Shown: positions 40,874 through 54,727 of the stretch, in pieces
Layout of the letters: every line of letters starts with the position of its first letter
Numbering within the stretch: the stretch's first letter is position 1
Source of the DNA: Utricularia gibba
Lineage: Eukaryota; Plantae; Magnoliophyta
DNA: 64,000 nucleotides
Direction of reading: 5' to 3'
NCBI GenBank assembly: GCA_002189035.1
Contig: NEEC01000026.1
Location: 496,001 to 560,000 of the forward strand
Notes under the pieces: generated by a model
What the model saw: only the letters and a program-made list of their open reading frames with translations
What the model was told of the DNA's origin: nothing
The model's database searches: none
Program-made: the position numbers and the translations under genes

Positions 40874-42249
40874 CTTTCTCTTTCATTCTTTCAAAAATTC
40901 GTAATCTCAAACCTAGTGTTCGAGTACTTCGTGGGCTCAAAATATTTATCCCTTAAGGATCCTCACTAAGTTCTCCACAAAATGGGTTTTATTGGACCAT
41001 AGTGATAAGTGAAGGTTGGAGTTGGAATCTTTGCACATTGATGGCAGGTGCAGCAATTAGAACCATGTTTCCTCATGTGTTGAAAATTATCACCTAAAGG
41101 GATTTCATCCAAAGGATCAATAGCAAGTCTCTTCTTGCACGGTGATTTTTGGCTTGCGTAGGCGGTTCCCTACATGTTGGTTCTAGTCCTTCCTCTTCAC
41201 TAGATGCTTCATCAGCACGCAAATTCCTCCTAGGCATCCACTTTTGTCTCCCATGATTTTTCCATTCAGGATTTTCTGTGAATTCGTCTCTCCTCATGAT
41301 GAGGATTTTGATTATTGTGTCAGTTTACTCCATCATAACACGGTCTTCTCCTTTCCATCTTAGAGGAGAGTTCATCCCTTGCCTTGGTGTTCGTGTGTTG
41401 CTATTCTGCTCTAGGTCAATTGGGGAACTAGCCTTCTGCCAAAAAAAAGTTTGCTGAATGGCCCTATATGTAAATTCTTGGCTATTTAGCCCTACTTTTT
41501 TGTAGGTATTAGCTAAATAGCCCAATTTTTAATATAAATAAAAATAATTAATTATTATTTACAAAAAATAATAATAGAAAATCAAATATATATTTTATAT
41601 ATATTTATTTATTCATTAAACTTTATGGATAAACAATGTGCATATGTATGCGAAAGGCACACAGATGTGGGTTATCCATAACCTATGTCTGTGTGTATCA
41701 ACTGCATTTTTTAATTTTAAAATTGTAACGGATTTGATACTTAGAAATTATTTGAATCAAGTGTATATTTTTTATTCGAAAATTATATTAAACTCGATTT
41801 TTAGGTGTTATTTGAATTGAAATGTTGATGATGAATTGAACCCACATAATTTATAAATAAATCAGGTGATCATTGAACCAAAAACATTTTATGAATAAAT
41901 AAGTTGGAGTCATGTGGATTGCATTACATTGCACGACCCCAAATGAGAAAAAAATATTAATGTATAAAGAAATATGCCAATTTAATTGTTTCCCTTGCAA
42001 TTAAAATTTTCAGTTCCCTAAATAACAAAAATGCTTGTCGTCAATGAACAACACTTGTTGATGGATTTTAATTTAGGTATTTTGAAAGACAAATACACCC
42101 TTGCTTTGATTTAGACTATACACCCTTGTTTCAAATATTGTTTTAATTTTATATTCCATGGATTATACTTTGAAAAATGAGGATGAGGAGATTCTAACAA
42201 TATATCGAGATGCTTGTTGCTGCAAGCATGTAATATATTGAGATATTTT

Positions 42250-44150
42250 ATTGTCGAAATCGTTTCCTCCTTGGTCATGGTAAACTAGATCATTTTATTG
42301 ACGAATGCATAATAGGCAATTGTAGACTATACATTGAAAAATTTTGAATAAAAAGAGAGATATACATTCAACTACGTCAACATCTTTGCTCCATGTAAGA
42401 TTTAAAAACCTATGTGAATGTTAGTGTTGATGAATGTTGGGAATGGTTTGCTAAATGTTGCGGTTTAACACATTCCATGCATCAAAAGAAATTTATAAAC
42501 CTAGCTATTCTGTTACACAAATCATAGGAATTAATGCAGTGTAGTAAGTAAGGATCAAATTCATAGGGAATGGTTGCAATTTCCTAAAGTTTATCACATT
42601 TACTGAAAACGTGGGGGTTTTCTAGAGGTTTAGCTCTAATCCGCATCAGACATAAAATAACAATAGCTGAAATAAATGAGTTGCAGGGATGAAAATGCAC
42701 TGAAATTAACGTGAATTTGCAGAAAACATAAAATAAAAGTGACTTAGCTGGGTTTTACACCAGGGTCTGGCTCTCATATCACTTAAGAGAGCTCATAGGC
42801 TTAAACCCAGCTTTAAAACGCTTAAAAACAGAGCAAGGGATTGTAGGAACAGTAAAAAGCATGCTAAACTTAAAACCAAACACGAAAAGGTTAAACAGGA
42901 ACATGTTCATAAGTTGAAATAAGGTCTACAAGTATTTCTCGTTCACGACAAGGTACAAGAACATAGCAGAAAGTATGAAAACAAAGACAGTAACAGTAGC
43001 AAGTTCAACATTGAAATGGAAGTACAGAAAAATGCAAAAGTAGATAATTGCACACTAAACAACATTTGATCATAAAAAACACAACTAGAAACATCTATAA
43101 AATACAATAAAAACGATGTTATCAAGTGTACATGAGCAAGTGGATACATTCTTGTAAATGGTCAGAATTGTGCAAGGAGTGAGGCAAAGTGTATCATTGA
43201 TGCATCAATCCTTTCATCGTGTGCTTTGAGCGACTATGAAAATATCTTGTGACTTGATTAAACCACATTATGTGCAACATGTAACTCACCCGTACATAGC
43301 CACTAATGGCATGTACATGCCTTACCTTAAGGTATTCATTCCTAAAAACTTAGTGAGCATACTATATTAAAAGGTAAAGTTTTATATTAATGAAATTGTT
43401 GATGCTTTGTAGGATTGCATTATTGCAAATGATGGAACCACATATAGGCAACCATATCAGCAAAAAAGAGGCTTCCATTCATTGGGCACAAAGGAAAGTT
43501 AACTCAAAATATACTCACTACATGTGACTTTGACTTATGTTACATTTATGCACTGGTTGAATGAGAGGGATCTGCCCACTATGCCCGTATCTTACAGAAT
43601 GCTATACATAAACACAACTTTCCAGTGGCAAATCTAGGTTAGGAAGTTTTCTTAAACTATTATATACATCATACATTTAACTAGTTGTATTTTAGGAAAA
43701 TATTATCTACAAGATGCGGGATATGCCAACATATTTGGTTTCTTGGCACCTTACAAAGGAGAAAGATTTCACCTTGCAGACTTTGGTGCTATGGATAGTT
43801 TTAGAAGTCCCAAGGAAATATATAATCGAGTTCACTCTTTCTTAAAATCATGCATTAAGAGAATATTTGAAATATGGAAGAATCGATTCCAAATGATTAA
43901 CAACATTCTAGGAAAACTAGTCTCGAGTGATACAGAAGGCCTTGGTTCTTGAAACAATGGGTATACATAATTATATCATGCGTAATGATGATGAAAATGA
44001 CATAGAATTTGAGCTTGAGTTGAAATCCACTAGTGATGGTGAAATAAATTGCTTAGCAGAGGATGCCAAATATTTCAATGATAATGGATAAATGAACATA
44101 GTCTGAAATAAGATTGCATCATCAATTTGGAATGATGCTGAAAGATATTG
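42250..44150 (+). mobile_element. PIF/Harbinger DDE transposase pseudogene interrupted by a solo LTR
   Basis: VNVSV|HEQVDTFL is split by the LTR. Motifs DCIIANDGT, TQNILTTCDFD, EGSAH.ARIL, GKYYLQDAGY, GFLAPYKGERFHL and IFEIWKNRF, with intron-like breaks. Confidence 0.9.
42428..43124 (-). mobile_element. Solo LTR (family C), internally deleted
   Basis: TG...CA ends and a perfect TSD AGTGT (42423-42427 and 43125-43129). About 585 bp shorter than 5138-6419. Confidence 0.9.
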
Positions 44151-44513
44151 GTGATGGCGAAACTTTTATATCCTGCATATGCTAAAAATGTTATTTCACA
44201 ACCAATTGATCCAAGCCAAACATTTGATGTTTTAGAATTTAAATGGGGTATTTGTATGTTGTTTTGCATCATAAAATGTTGTTTGTGAAGCAAAATATTT
44301 TATAACCTTGTATGTTATATAATGGAAAACCGTGTGACATTCACTTCTTATGATCACTGCTAATGTTTTCCATCTATTCTTTGCATCACAAAGCAAAAAA
44401 TGACTCAACACCAATGAACCAAAGCAGTTGCCACAATGAAAAATAAAATCATATGCTTCTTATTCTGCAGATAAAAACAATGAAACTCTGAAACTAATTA
44501 TTCTCAACATATC

Positions 44514-45623
44514 TAATAAATGATTTTATATCATTCTAAAATATGTTTTTCCATTACTCTTAAAGAGTATTTTTACTTATGTTAGATTTCTTTTTCTCAT
44601 TACTTTCAATTGATTTTGCATCTTTCACACTACTTTGATCTTTTTGGAGAGAAAGTGTATTTTATAAATTTTTAGGGCATTTGTGGATAAATTTGAGGAG
44701 AAATCAAGACCCACGAAATTATGGACTTGATGGACTACAAATCTCAGCCCAAGACTCGATCAAACAATGAAGATTTAATTCAAAATTCGTGGATAAGATA
44801 AAGATATGAAGATGATCTTGGAAGATTTGGATAAAAGATTTGAATAGAAGATCTTATCCAATCCTATCAAACAAGCTCAATACGAAGACTTAGATCTCTC
44901 TCAACCATTAGAGACATCTTTGACCACTTTTCCTATTTTCGTGTCTATTTTCATGTTAGAGTCGAGTATACACGTGTAGGCGCTTGCGGGTGAGGATCTG
45001 CAGTGAAGCCTTGCTTGCGAAAGTCATGCATGTGTAGCTGTTTTACTATGCTTTTCAACATTTAATTTGAGGTTTAATTCTGTTTTTCACCATGTTTTTT
45101 TTACCAACGTGCTCTTTAGTATCACATAACCCGAAGGGAGTGTGAGAAAATCAAAAGTTGGCCTCAAACATCTAAGGAGAAGGTCTCAATCGGACATCGT
45201 TGATAAGACACATTCTATCTAATCTGTCTACGAGGTGTCAAGTGTAGAGGTTAGATTTGGGTGTAGGGAAAATACGAGTTATCACAAGAGGTGAAATGGC
45301 TCTGGTGGTATAGTTGATTCTATAATTCCACTAAACGAGGGATGGTGCGGTCAACGAGTAACACTATTTTAGAATAACACCTCCAGAACTTGCGCAAGCA
45401 GGTCAGTTTTCAAGGTTTACACACACAAGTTTGGGCGAGTTTTAAGCAAGGTAGATCCTAGATCCAAAGCTAATTTTCTTATTGTTTTTAAAACAAAATC
45501 TTTATTTTATTTTTAGTCTTTTTGAGTCTTTGTTTGGAAAGAAAATTCCATTAACAATTCCATGTGCATATGATTTTATTTTATTATTTCGACGGTTTCT
45601 GTTCAGTTGCATAATCACCATCA
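44514..45623 (+). mobile_element. Solo LTR (family A, Athila-like)
   Basis: TAATAAATGATTTT (TG mutated)...ATCACCATCA. TSD ATATC/ATCTC (4/5 match). Confidence 0.8.
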
Positions 45624-47028
45624 ATCTCATCTAATTAAATAAGATACACATAGAAGCAAACCAGTAAAGAAGCATGATTACCAAGTCTGAAGAAAATAGA
45701 TTTCTTATAGATTTTTGGGCAAAAATCAACTTTTCAATTGCCAAGCCCTAATTGATCACCTAGGAGGTATAAAATTGAAAAGGAATACAAGATAAGATAG
45801 AAACATACAAAGACAAATGGATGACATCCGTTTACAGTTTCTTTTTTTTTTATTCATTGAAAAAGTTAAAGAATAATTTAATTGAAAAAAGAGTAATTTT
45901 ATCTTTTTAATCATTTAATTAAACAAATTCTACAATACAATTTTATCATTCCTAAAAAAACTAGCTTTACAATCTATAAATGGATTCTATTCATATAATC
46001 TCAAAATTGATTATATTTTACATAATCTAAATAAAAAATTTAAAAAATAAAACAGACCCTAACTCTTTCAGACCAATTTAAGATTTTCACCAATTGTCCT
46101 TTTGTGATTGATAGTTATAAAATACACTTGAGAAGGAAGACAATGTAAAATTGAAAAATAAGAATTCATATTAGATGTTTAATAAACATAGTAGAACGAT
46201 GTCAAATGTAAAAGGTTGCATAAACATGAGTTCACCTAACATCTTTATCCAAAAGATGCTTATTCACACATGGTACGGCTCAAAAGTATAAAAATGTAAA
46301 AGACACAATAGAACAAGATGCCAAGGATGTCATCATGATACCATGTATGTTGGATAAAATATATCTTTTGTGGATCATTCCATTGAATTAGATTCAAATC
46401 ATCTATCTAGAGTATGAATTTTACTTCTTGTTGGGTCACATTATCTCATTTTCATGTTAATGAGCTTTTCTTCCAGTCTAAATCTGCATATCTTGGGTTT
46501 ATGTTTTATTAGCTCTCAATTCATTTCAACATTTAAAATACTTTAAATATTCATAAAATTCAATTCGTGTTCAAAAAAATTAAATGTAGATGCAAAATTC
46601 ATTTATAAAAAACGAGAATGTGGAGGCTGTTAGTGAAAAATGATCTTAAAGAATTATGAAAAATTATGATCACTCATCAAGCCACATTAATGTTATGAAA
46701 AATTACTAAACCTCATAACACTAGATTTCACTGCTTTCATGCATAAATTATATTATCATCTCTATCAAACACACTCTTAGGATATAGTCTACATAGCTTA
46801 TTTTTTAAATTAAAAAAAATTATGACTTTAAATAGAAGTTAAAATTATTTATTACAGAATCAACTAACTAAATTATTCATAACTTCTACTCAAACTTATC
46901 TTTAACTTCTAATTATTTTAAATTTGTTTACATTTTTACTTAAAACTCAACTTATTTTATTAGTTACGTTTATCTTACTTATTAAAATAAGTCACCAATT
47001 TATTTTAACAAACAACTTTGTTTACAAT

Positions 47029-48221
47029 TGATAAGTGATTTTGTGTCACTTATATTTGCGTTTTTTAAGACTAACTTAGATGAGTTTTGTATTCATTTTA
47101 TCCCACTTTACCTATGTTTTTTGAAGAATTTTATATCTTTTATACCACTTTGATCTTTTTGGAGGAAAAGTATGTTTTGTGATTTTTCGAAACAAATTTG
47201 GAATAATTTGGAGGATTTTCGAGTTGATCTTGATGGAGGCAAAGATTTCGTCTATCCAGACGAAGACTCGATCAAAGATTCTCGAATAAGATAAGATTTG
47301 CATCTTATCTTAGAAAATTTGGATCTTATCCTAGAAGATTTGTATCAAATCTTAGAAGATCCGGATAGAAAATTTGATGTGAGCCCATCAAGAAAGCCCG
47401 ACAAGTCCCTACCATTATATAAAGATCCAAATGGAAGATCAAAAGGAGAGTCAGTCAAGTGTAGGTGACCAAAGAGTCAATTTAGGGTTTAGAGTTGAGT
47501 CTAGCATATATTGGATTCATTTCCTTTCGTTTTTCATCAACTTTTGTTGTTTAGAGTCAAGCATGCGCGTGTGAGCGCTTGCGGCTGAGGATCTGCTGTG
47601 AAGCCTTGCTTGCGCAAGTTCTGCACGTGTGACTGTCTTACTATGTTTTACAGTATTTAATTTGAGGTCTGATTCTGTTTTTCGCAATGTTTTCTTTACC
47701 AACGTGATCTTTAGTACCATATAACCCTAATGGAGTATGGTAGAATCAAAGGTTGGCCTCAAGCACCTAAGGAGAAGGGCTCAATCGGACATCATTGGTA
47801 AGACACATTCTGTCTAATCTGTCTGCGAGGTGAGAGGTGTAGGGGTTATATTTGGGTGTGGAGAAAATATGGGTTATCACAAGAGATGAAATGGCTTTGG
47901 TGGCGTGGTTGATTCCATAATCCCACAAAGCAAGGGACGGTGCTATAATGGTTACCAAGTAGTTATATTTTAGTATAACACCCCAAAGCTTGTGCAACCA
48001 TATCAGTTCTCAAGGTTTGCACACATACAAGGGCAAGTTTCAAGTAAGGTGGATCTTAAATCAAATGTCACTTTTCTTATTATCTTCAAAACCAAATCTT
48101 TCTTTTATTTTCAATCTTTTTAAATCTTTGTTTTGAAAAAAAAATTCTAATAACAATTTCATGTGGATACAATCTTATTTTATTACTTCGACGGTTTTTG
48201 TTCACTTGCAAAATCACCATC
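47029..48221 (+). mobile_element. LTR (family A), solo without TSD
   Basis: TGATAAGTGATTTTGTGTCAC...AATCACCATC, colinear with 44514-45623. No PBS, PPT or TSD. Confidence 0.85.
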
Positions 48222-48440
48222 TGTTATACACCAAATCTGAATGAAATTGAAAGACACTTGTTTCTTTATGAATAAATAATAGTTTATGTACACCATAATT
48301 ATTTATTTAGATTATATTTATCTAATAACTTCTATTTATAAATTAAATAAAATTTACGAAATCAGTGGTGGATTATACCCTTAGTTAAGCAGGCCCGCAT
48401 GAATTCGACCCAAATCAAGGTATTCCATACCCAGTTTTGA

Positions 48441-50873
48441 ATGAGAGTCATCCACAGGCCCCCGCTGCCTAATCCATGGCCCACGCTCTCGTCTCCTCCA
48501 CACTTGGCGGAAAGTTTTCATACAACCCTTCAACTCCGACTCACCGGCGTAACTGACCGACGCCTGGGAACACCGGTTGAATTTGTTCTCATTATGAAGA
48601 GATGCATGAAAGCATCTTCTGGAGAAAATGAGTATACGGAGACTGTGGACATCGAAGACCTTAATTTTAACGGGAATGAAGCCGTGGAGATTCGTGCTCG
48701 TTTGCTGGAATGGTACGACCAAAATCGGAGGGACCTTCCTTGGAGAAAACCCATTGCCGCGGGGGAAGATGGGTCTAGTGAAACAAAGGCCTACGCAGTT
48801 TGGGTTTCTGAGATGATGCTTCAGCAGACAAGGGTTCAGACTGTCGTTCAATATTACACTCGATGGATGGAAAAGTGGCCAACCATTCATCATCTTGCTC
48901 TGGCTTCGATTGAGGCATTGCCTTTTATTTTTATTTTTTTGAACTCTTCGTTGAGACGTCTGCTTTGAGTACTTCTGATATTCTTGTTCTCACTTGCTAC
49001 AGGAGGTGAATGAAATGTGGGCAGGCTTAGGCTACTACCGGAGAGCAAGGTTTTTGCTTGAGGTCAGCGTCTAAGTTGCCTGGAACACCATTATTGCTTT
49101 GTTCTAATCGAGATTTGTAGATTTTTTGTGCACCTGGATTCGAGTGGCGACTGGATGTACCATTATGTATTAAAAAGCGAAATCCACGCTTTTGAGATTA
49201 TATTGGCAGTTTGTCATAGTTTAACTACTGATTTTGTGATTGTGCAATACAGCTTGAAAGTTAAGTCCGCCGCATTATGTGGATTCATTCTTTTGATTTT
49301 CCAGTCACATTCCTCAGATTTTACACTGTCCTGAATTTCTTTCACTTCCAAAAGAATGATCACTTATGGGTCGTTTTGCATCTCTTGGATGTTCCTCATC
49401 GACAAGCTATGCTATTTTTGGGGCCTGAGAGCTGCCACTTATGCCAGGGAGCGAAAAAGATTGTTGAAGGTGGGGGTGAGCTCCCGAAAACATCAGCTTC
49501 TCTTTATATGGTAAATGGAATTGGAAAATATACTGCAGGAGCCATTGCATCCATTGCCTTTGGCGAGGTTAGCTCATTGCATTCTGTCCATCCTATTACG
49601 TGAGAGACCTAAACTAGCAATTGTGCTATTCTGACTTTCAGGCAGTCCCCGTCGTTGATGGAAATGTAATCCGGGTGATTGCCAGGTTAAAGGCTATATC
49701 AGACATTCCAAAAGGATCAAGGATACTCAAGAATTTTTGGTGAAATTTTTTTGTCTGTCTGTTTAACTTGTAGACATTTTCAATTAGCTTTTACGGCTGA
49801 ATGTTTTTGGGCGGGTTTGGGGTGCGTGTGTGTTATACAGGAGACTTGCAGGAGAGTTAGTTGATCCAATGAGACCTGGTGATTTCAACCAGGCTATTAT
49901 GGAACTTGGTGCGACAGTATGCACTCCTAGAAATGCCAGCTGCTCCACATGCCCAATATCGCATCAGTGTCGAGCATTATCTCTTGCCATGATGCACGAA
50001 TCCGTGCAAGTGATTGACTACCCTCTGAAAGTACCAAGGGCCAGGCAGCGACATGAGTTCCGTGCAGTTTGTGTCGTGGAAATTGTGGAGGAAGGATCTC
50101 AGTGTGACAGCAGATTCCTTCTTGTGAGGAGACCAGATGAGGGTTTGTTAGCTGGTCTTTGGGAATTCCCATCGGTTCATGTAGAGAAAGAAGCTAAACC
50201 GTCATTGAGAAGAAAGAAGTTGGACGAACATTTGGTTCAGTCATTTGGTCTGGAGAGTGAAAGATCACATGAGATGGTTTCAAGGGATGATGTTGGGGTA
50301 TGCGTGCATGAATTCTCTCACATACATCTTACAATGTATGTAGAGCTCATGATTTTGCACGCAAGAGGTATGATCTCCACTTCTGAGCCGTTTGTATTTT
50401 CTGATGGCATGAGACAAATTGAATTGAAGATTACTTCTTTCCTATGCATATTTCTCATCCTCATATACAGTTACTTGGTTCTCAACTTGGTTTTCTTTCA
50501 AGGTGGAATAGGTGCTTCACACAAAACGAAAGAAGATGGAACTATGATTTGGAAATACGTTGACAGTGGTACTCTTCCCTCGTTAGGGCTGACTTCTGGC
50601 GTGAGAAAGGTGACTCTACTTGTTTTGGAAATACGTTTTCTTTTGGATTTATTTGTAAAATGACACTCGGATTGGCATAGCAAGGTACCCTTGTAGTTGC
50701 TATTTCACTCAATAAAATGGGCATTGCTTCTTCGATCACCTCAATTTCTTATGTGGGATGTGGTGTCGGTGTGGCAGGTCTGCGACATGATTGAGAGATT
50801 CAAGCACCGAGGTTGTGATCCAGCACCAGTCAACACAAGGAAGAAGAAGAGAAGGGAGTTCAGGAGAGTTTAG
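48441..50873 (+). CDS. MUTYH: Adenine DNA glycosylase MutY homologue, 7 exons, 493 aa from the first ATG
   Basis: Exons 48441-48914, 49003-49062, 49448-49567, 49642-49739, 49841-50367, 50503-50609 and 50778-50873 splice in frame (1482 nt). Motifs RDLPWR, VWVSEMMLQQTRV, WAGLGYYRRA, GIGKYTAGAIASIAF, VVDGNV, the [4Fe-4S] motif CTPRNASCSTCPISHQC and NUDIX-like GLLAGLWEFP. Intron 1 is GC-AG. Confidence 0.95.
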
Positions 50874-51849
50874 CCGCCACCATTTTGACGTGTAGTTGCA
50901 AGTGTAGATTTTGATCAACAGTAGAAGATGATGCATCCCACCTGCCCTCTTCGTTCTGGAGGTTGATGCTGATTGCTTTTGAAGGCTACCTGTGCCCATA
51001 TATAGTGTGAATGGGAAGATGATAAATGGTCGACTAAAGCCTTCGTTCTCCGTTTTGTAGTTCTCCGCAACCCGTCATATAACAAAGTCGCAATTACGGC
51101 ACGCTGCCTAGCAAAGTCGATGCACAGAATCTCTTTGCTTTTGATTAATTAACAAACGGCACCTTGGTACCAATACTCCCCGAATTCGATGATTCGGACT
51201 TCAAACATAATTAATTTCACAAATTATATATCCTAATCATATTTAATCTCCACGATATGCATGTCAAATATATTTAGCTCTTATTATTTAAAAACCAAAT
51301 ATGTTTAGACTTTTTTTAAAATAAGTATTTTAAAAATAATTTTATTATCAAATACAAATAATTTGTATTTCAAGAAATTTAAAATATAAAAGGCTTTTCA
51401 TTTTTAAAAAGTTTAAAAAAATATCAATTTCTAATTTTAAAAAACACTTGTAAATAATTTACTTTCAAGAATACTTATTAAATAGAATTTTAATATTCAA
51501 TATTTTAAAATTCTGGTATAATTGACATTCATATTAAATAATCCCAATTGTGTTTTATTTTGAAAATCTAACTCTCTCCAAATTTTACCAAACTCTTGTC
51601 CATCCCTATTGTCGATGCATTAAGAAGTGGAACCTAAGGGACTGTGGGATTCATGCTAACATGAAACTATTTAGAAACTGTTCCCTCAACAAACGTTATT
51701 CCAAACCTCCAACAAATTTGGGCTATCCATATAAATTTCTATGGTCCCATGAATTCTTAGTTGTTGAGGGAAAGTAAGCATTTTTTGAACTTTATTGATC
51801 ATTTTTCTAGTATTGTTGGGTGCATTATTTAAAGTCCTAGTTTAGTACA

Positions 51850-52969
51850 TGATAAACGAAAAATTTGTGCAAGTCATTAATTTGCAAATTTCTCCTATCA
51901 AATAAAATTTATAAACTTAATTCACATCAAATCATATGAAAAATATGAGCATAGTGGACTAGGGTCAAACACAAGGAGCTAGATGCTTGCTATATATGAA
52001 GGTCAATGCAAGGAATCAGTATTACATTGGTAAATTTGGTCTTAACTAGAACTAAGGTAGAATTACGATGAAATGCAGTAAAGAAAAGTAACAAACTTGG
52101 GACTCGGTGGTTTCTAATATGAAATGGATGATGTCTTGGGACTTCTAGGGGATGTATGATTATCACTAAACACGCTCACACAAACCATAAATCATACAAT
52201 TAACTCACAAGGTCTAGGTTTACCCGGAATCTTGTTTTCCTCCTAATTTTTGATCTACCTCTAATTAGGGTTGTTAAGTTGGGTTTCACTACTTCCCCCT
52301 CCTAGATCTATCCTGGGTTGTTAAGGAAGTGGTGTAACTTATGGTTGATTAGATCTAAAGATTGATTAGCACATCTATCCCCCTTTCACCCCAAGTCACT
52401 CTCTAAGTACTAGGCCACTCATGCTCAAGATAAACTAAAATAAAAAGAAAACATCATCCACAATGTACTCATCCCTCAATTGACTACCAGAAAATAAACA
52501 AGTAGGAAACTTAAAAGTTCAACAGAAAGCAAGAAAATGTCGCCAGCTATTCTTAGCTAAGAGTAATAATCTATCGAAACAGAAAATAGTTTTGAAACTA
52601 CAGTTTCGTTCATGTTCGTCTTCCTCCTTCCCCCCCCCTCCCCCCAAAAAAGAATTGTCGTGAGTCTCCAATGAGAGAAATCTGCCTTCTCTCTCCATCT
52701 TTTCCCCACTTTTTGTCCAAAATCTCCTTTTTTCCTCTTCTTTGGATTTTGTGTGTACTCCTTTTCAGATTTCTATCTCATCCTCTACCATCACCTATTC
52801 ATATTCGGCTCCTTGGGATTTGTGTTGCGACCTGCACTGCATTGCTCGAATAAAACTATTATTACGGTACATATGTACAAAAATATAAAACTAGGCAGTA
52901 AAACTAAATTTTTGTAGCACAATATGAATCTTTTCTATGTACTTAATCACTCAAAAATATGTGTTATCA
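51850..52969 (-). mobile_element. Solo LTR (family D)
   Basis: TG...CA ends. GTACA precedes the left end and recurs 2 nt after the right end (possible TSD). Confidence 0.75.
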
Positions 52970-53945
52970 GTGTACATAAAAAGTTTATCATGTTTAAGAC
53001 TTTGGTAAAAATGAATGTGGCTTGACAATCAAATGCTTGCATATTAATAGTTGGGGAGAATTTTATTCTTCCCCTTTTAAAACTTATCTGTTACAATAAG
53101 GAATCACATACCAAAAGACTATTCTTCATTCTTGTTCACAAAATGGTTTTGAAAAAAGACACTATAGGAGCATAATGTCAATGGCACATTGCCTTGCCTT
53201 CTATTAAAGAAGTACTTTACAAATCTCTTTTGAGCTGAGGCAGTGGTTATGGTAGTTTACCTTTGGAATCAACTTTCCAATTAAGCTCTTGAAGAAGTAA
53301 CGCAAATGGAAAGTTGAAAGACTCAACTCCATCTTGCAGCCACATGAAGTTGTTTTGCTTTGTGGCATATTATCTAGCAACAACTTGTAAGGTTTCTCTC
53401 TACCATCGTCCATTACAAAAACAACAGAATTTAATTTTTTTTTAAAAAAATAAACTACAGATCTTGAAATACAACATATATCAGATATAATATTACTTAT
53501 AGTATCTTTTAACGGACTTTATTGAATACAACATATATCAAATGATGGAATACAAACTATAGTATGTTGGAACACAACATATATCAAATGTGAAGCACTT
53601 TATTGATAACTTTTTCAAAGCCACAAAATGTTGGTTGATTATCGAAAATCCTAGAAAAACCGAATTTTCCATATAATCTTTTATAGATATTTGATAATAT
53701 ATCTAATCAAATCTCCGTAAATATCTTATCTTACAAAAATCAAACAAGTATATATATTCAAAATCTTATCTATATCCAATCTTTTATTTTGAGTTTAGTA
53801 AATATTAATCTCAAAATAATTCTATATTTCATTTATCCATTTTATTAATTACATCTTACATAATTTTATCATTCTATTTTATATTGAAAAATAATTTCAC
53901 TATTGTGTGTGACACTACAAGTTTATTCAATTAATTTTATAATAA

Positions 53946-54198
53946 TTTCGACCAGAATGTCTGCACTAGAAGAGGAGATGTTCTGGCCGACATTGATCTA
54001 GCATTGAAGAATAGTGTGGAAAGAGCTACGAGGACCCTGCACTTCACTTTGATCCCTTCTCGGATGAATTGATCTGAGAAGAGCCCGAAAGGGGATTCAA
54101 GGTCCCCGATGGAGTGCCCACATATAATGGGAAGGGAGACCCTATATCTCACGTGACTGATTTCGACACGAGGATGGCTACGGTCCGGCATTCGGAAG
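53946..54198 (+). pseudogene. Tat gag fragment of the host element (5' side of the nested insertion)
   Basis: DPFSDELI.EEPERGFKVPDGVPTYNGKGDPISHVTDFDTRMATVRHSE; the frame continues at 60702 as CKLFTCSLQKGAKIWF. Confidence 0.85.
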
Positions 54199-54714
54199 TG
54201 TTAAGGGTGAAAATCGGTATACCGAACTCGACCGATTTTCGGGTTACAAACGGTATCGTTTCTTTCCATCGTCTGCTCAGTTTGATTGGATGAAATGGAA
54301 ATATGCAAGAATTTTTTACGTGGAAACCACCGTGAGGCGCAAAAAATCACGGAGCTGTCGGAGCTCGCCTGAGAAAATATTTACTAAACGGAGATGGTGG
54401 AGAAAGGTATAGATTGAGAAGCTTAGGATCGAATGCCTTCTCCCGTCATGATTCCTTTTATTTATAGGGGAGGCTAGTCTAGCTTATTCCTCACCTCTGC
54501 AGGTGTCGGTTACTTTTGTGCTTTCTATGCGACCCAGCTTTTCAGACATCGGCCGCCTATTCCACCGTGATTCGGCTGCTTTTCAGACTGTGTCAGATGG
54601 CTATCGCTGTCAAATTTCCGACACATATTGGCCTGCTGACTGCGTTATTCTGTCAAGGCTCCTTTTGGCAGCCTTTCAAAATCCGATCATCCCCAACCGA
54701 TTTACCCCCCATCA

Positions 54715-54727
54715 TTCAGCCCCTCTA
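54715..54727 (-). other. Polypurine tract
   Basis: TAGAGGGGCTGAA lies immediately before the TGATGGGG LTR start on the minus strand. Confidence 0.6.

Noticed and set aside
41000-41530. Possible MULE fragment and TIR-like AATAGCCC motifs
   Set aside because: Only a very short peptide resemblance, with no partner TIR or 9-bp TSD found.
44514-48221. Two same-strand family A LTRs 1.4 kb apart as a single TRIM/LARD-like element
   Set aside because: The first LTR has its own TSD (ATATC/ATCTC), there is no PBS or PPT between the two, and the outer flanks do not match.
48381-48893. 170-aa antisense ORF overlapping MUTYH exon 1
   Set aside because: Shadow ORF of a coding exon with no recognisable motifs.
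51670-51775. 12-bp inverted repeat TTCCCTCAACAA/TTGTTGAGGGAA as a miRNA hairpin
   Set aside because: Pairing does not extend beyond ~12 bp, too short for a miRNA precursor stem.
53200-53420. 69-aa minus-strand ORF as a gene or TE fragment
   Set aside because: No motif could be assigned in any frame; it needs a profile search.
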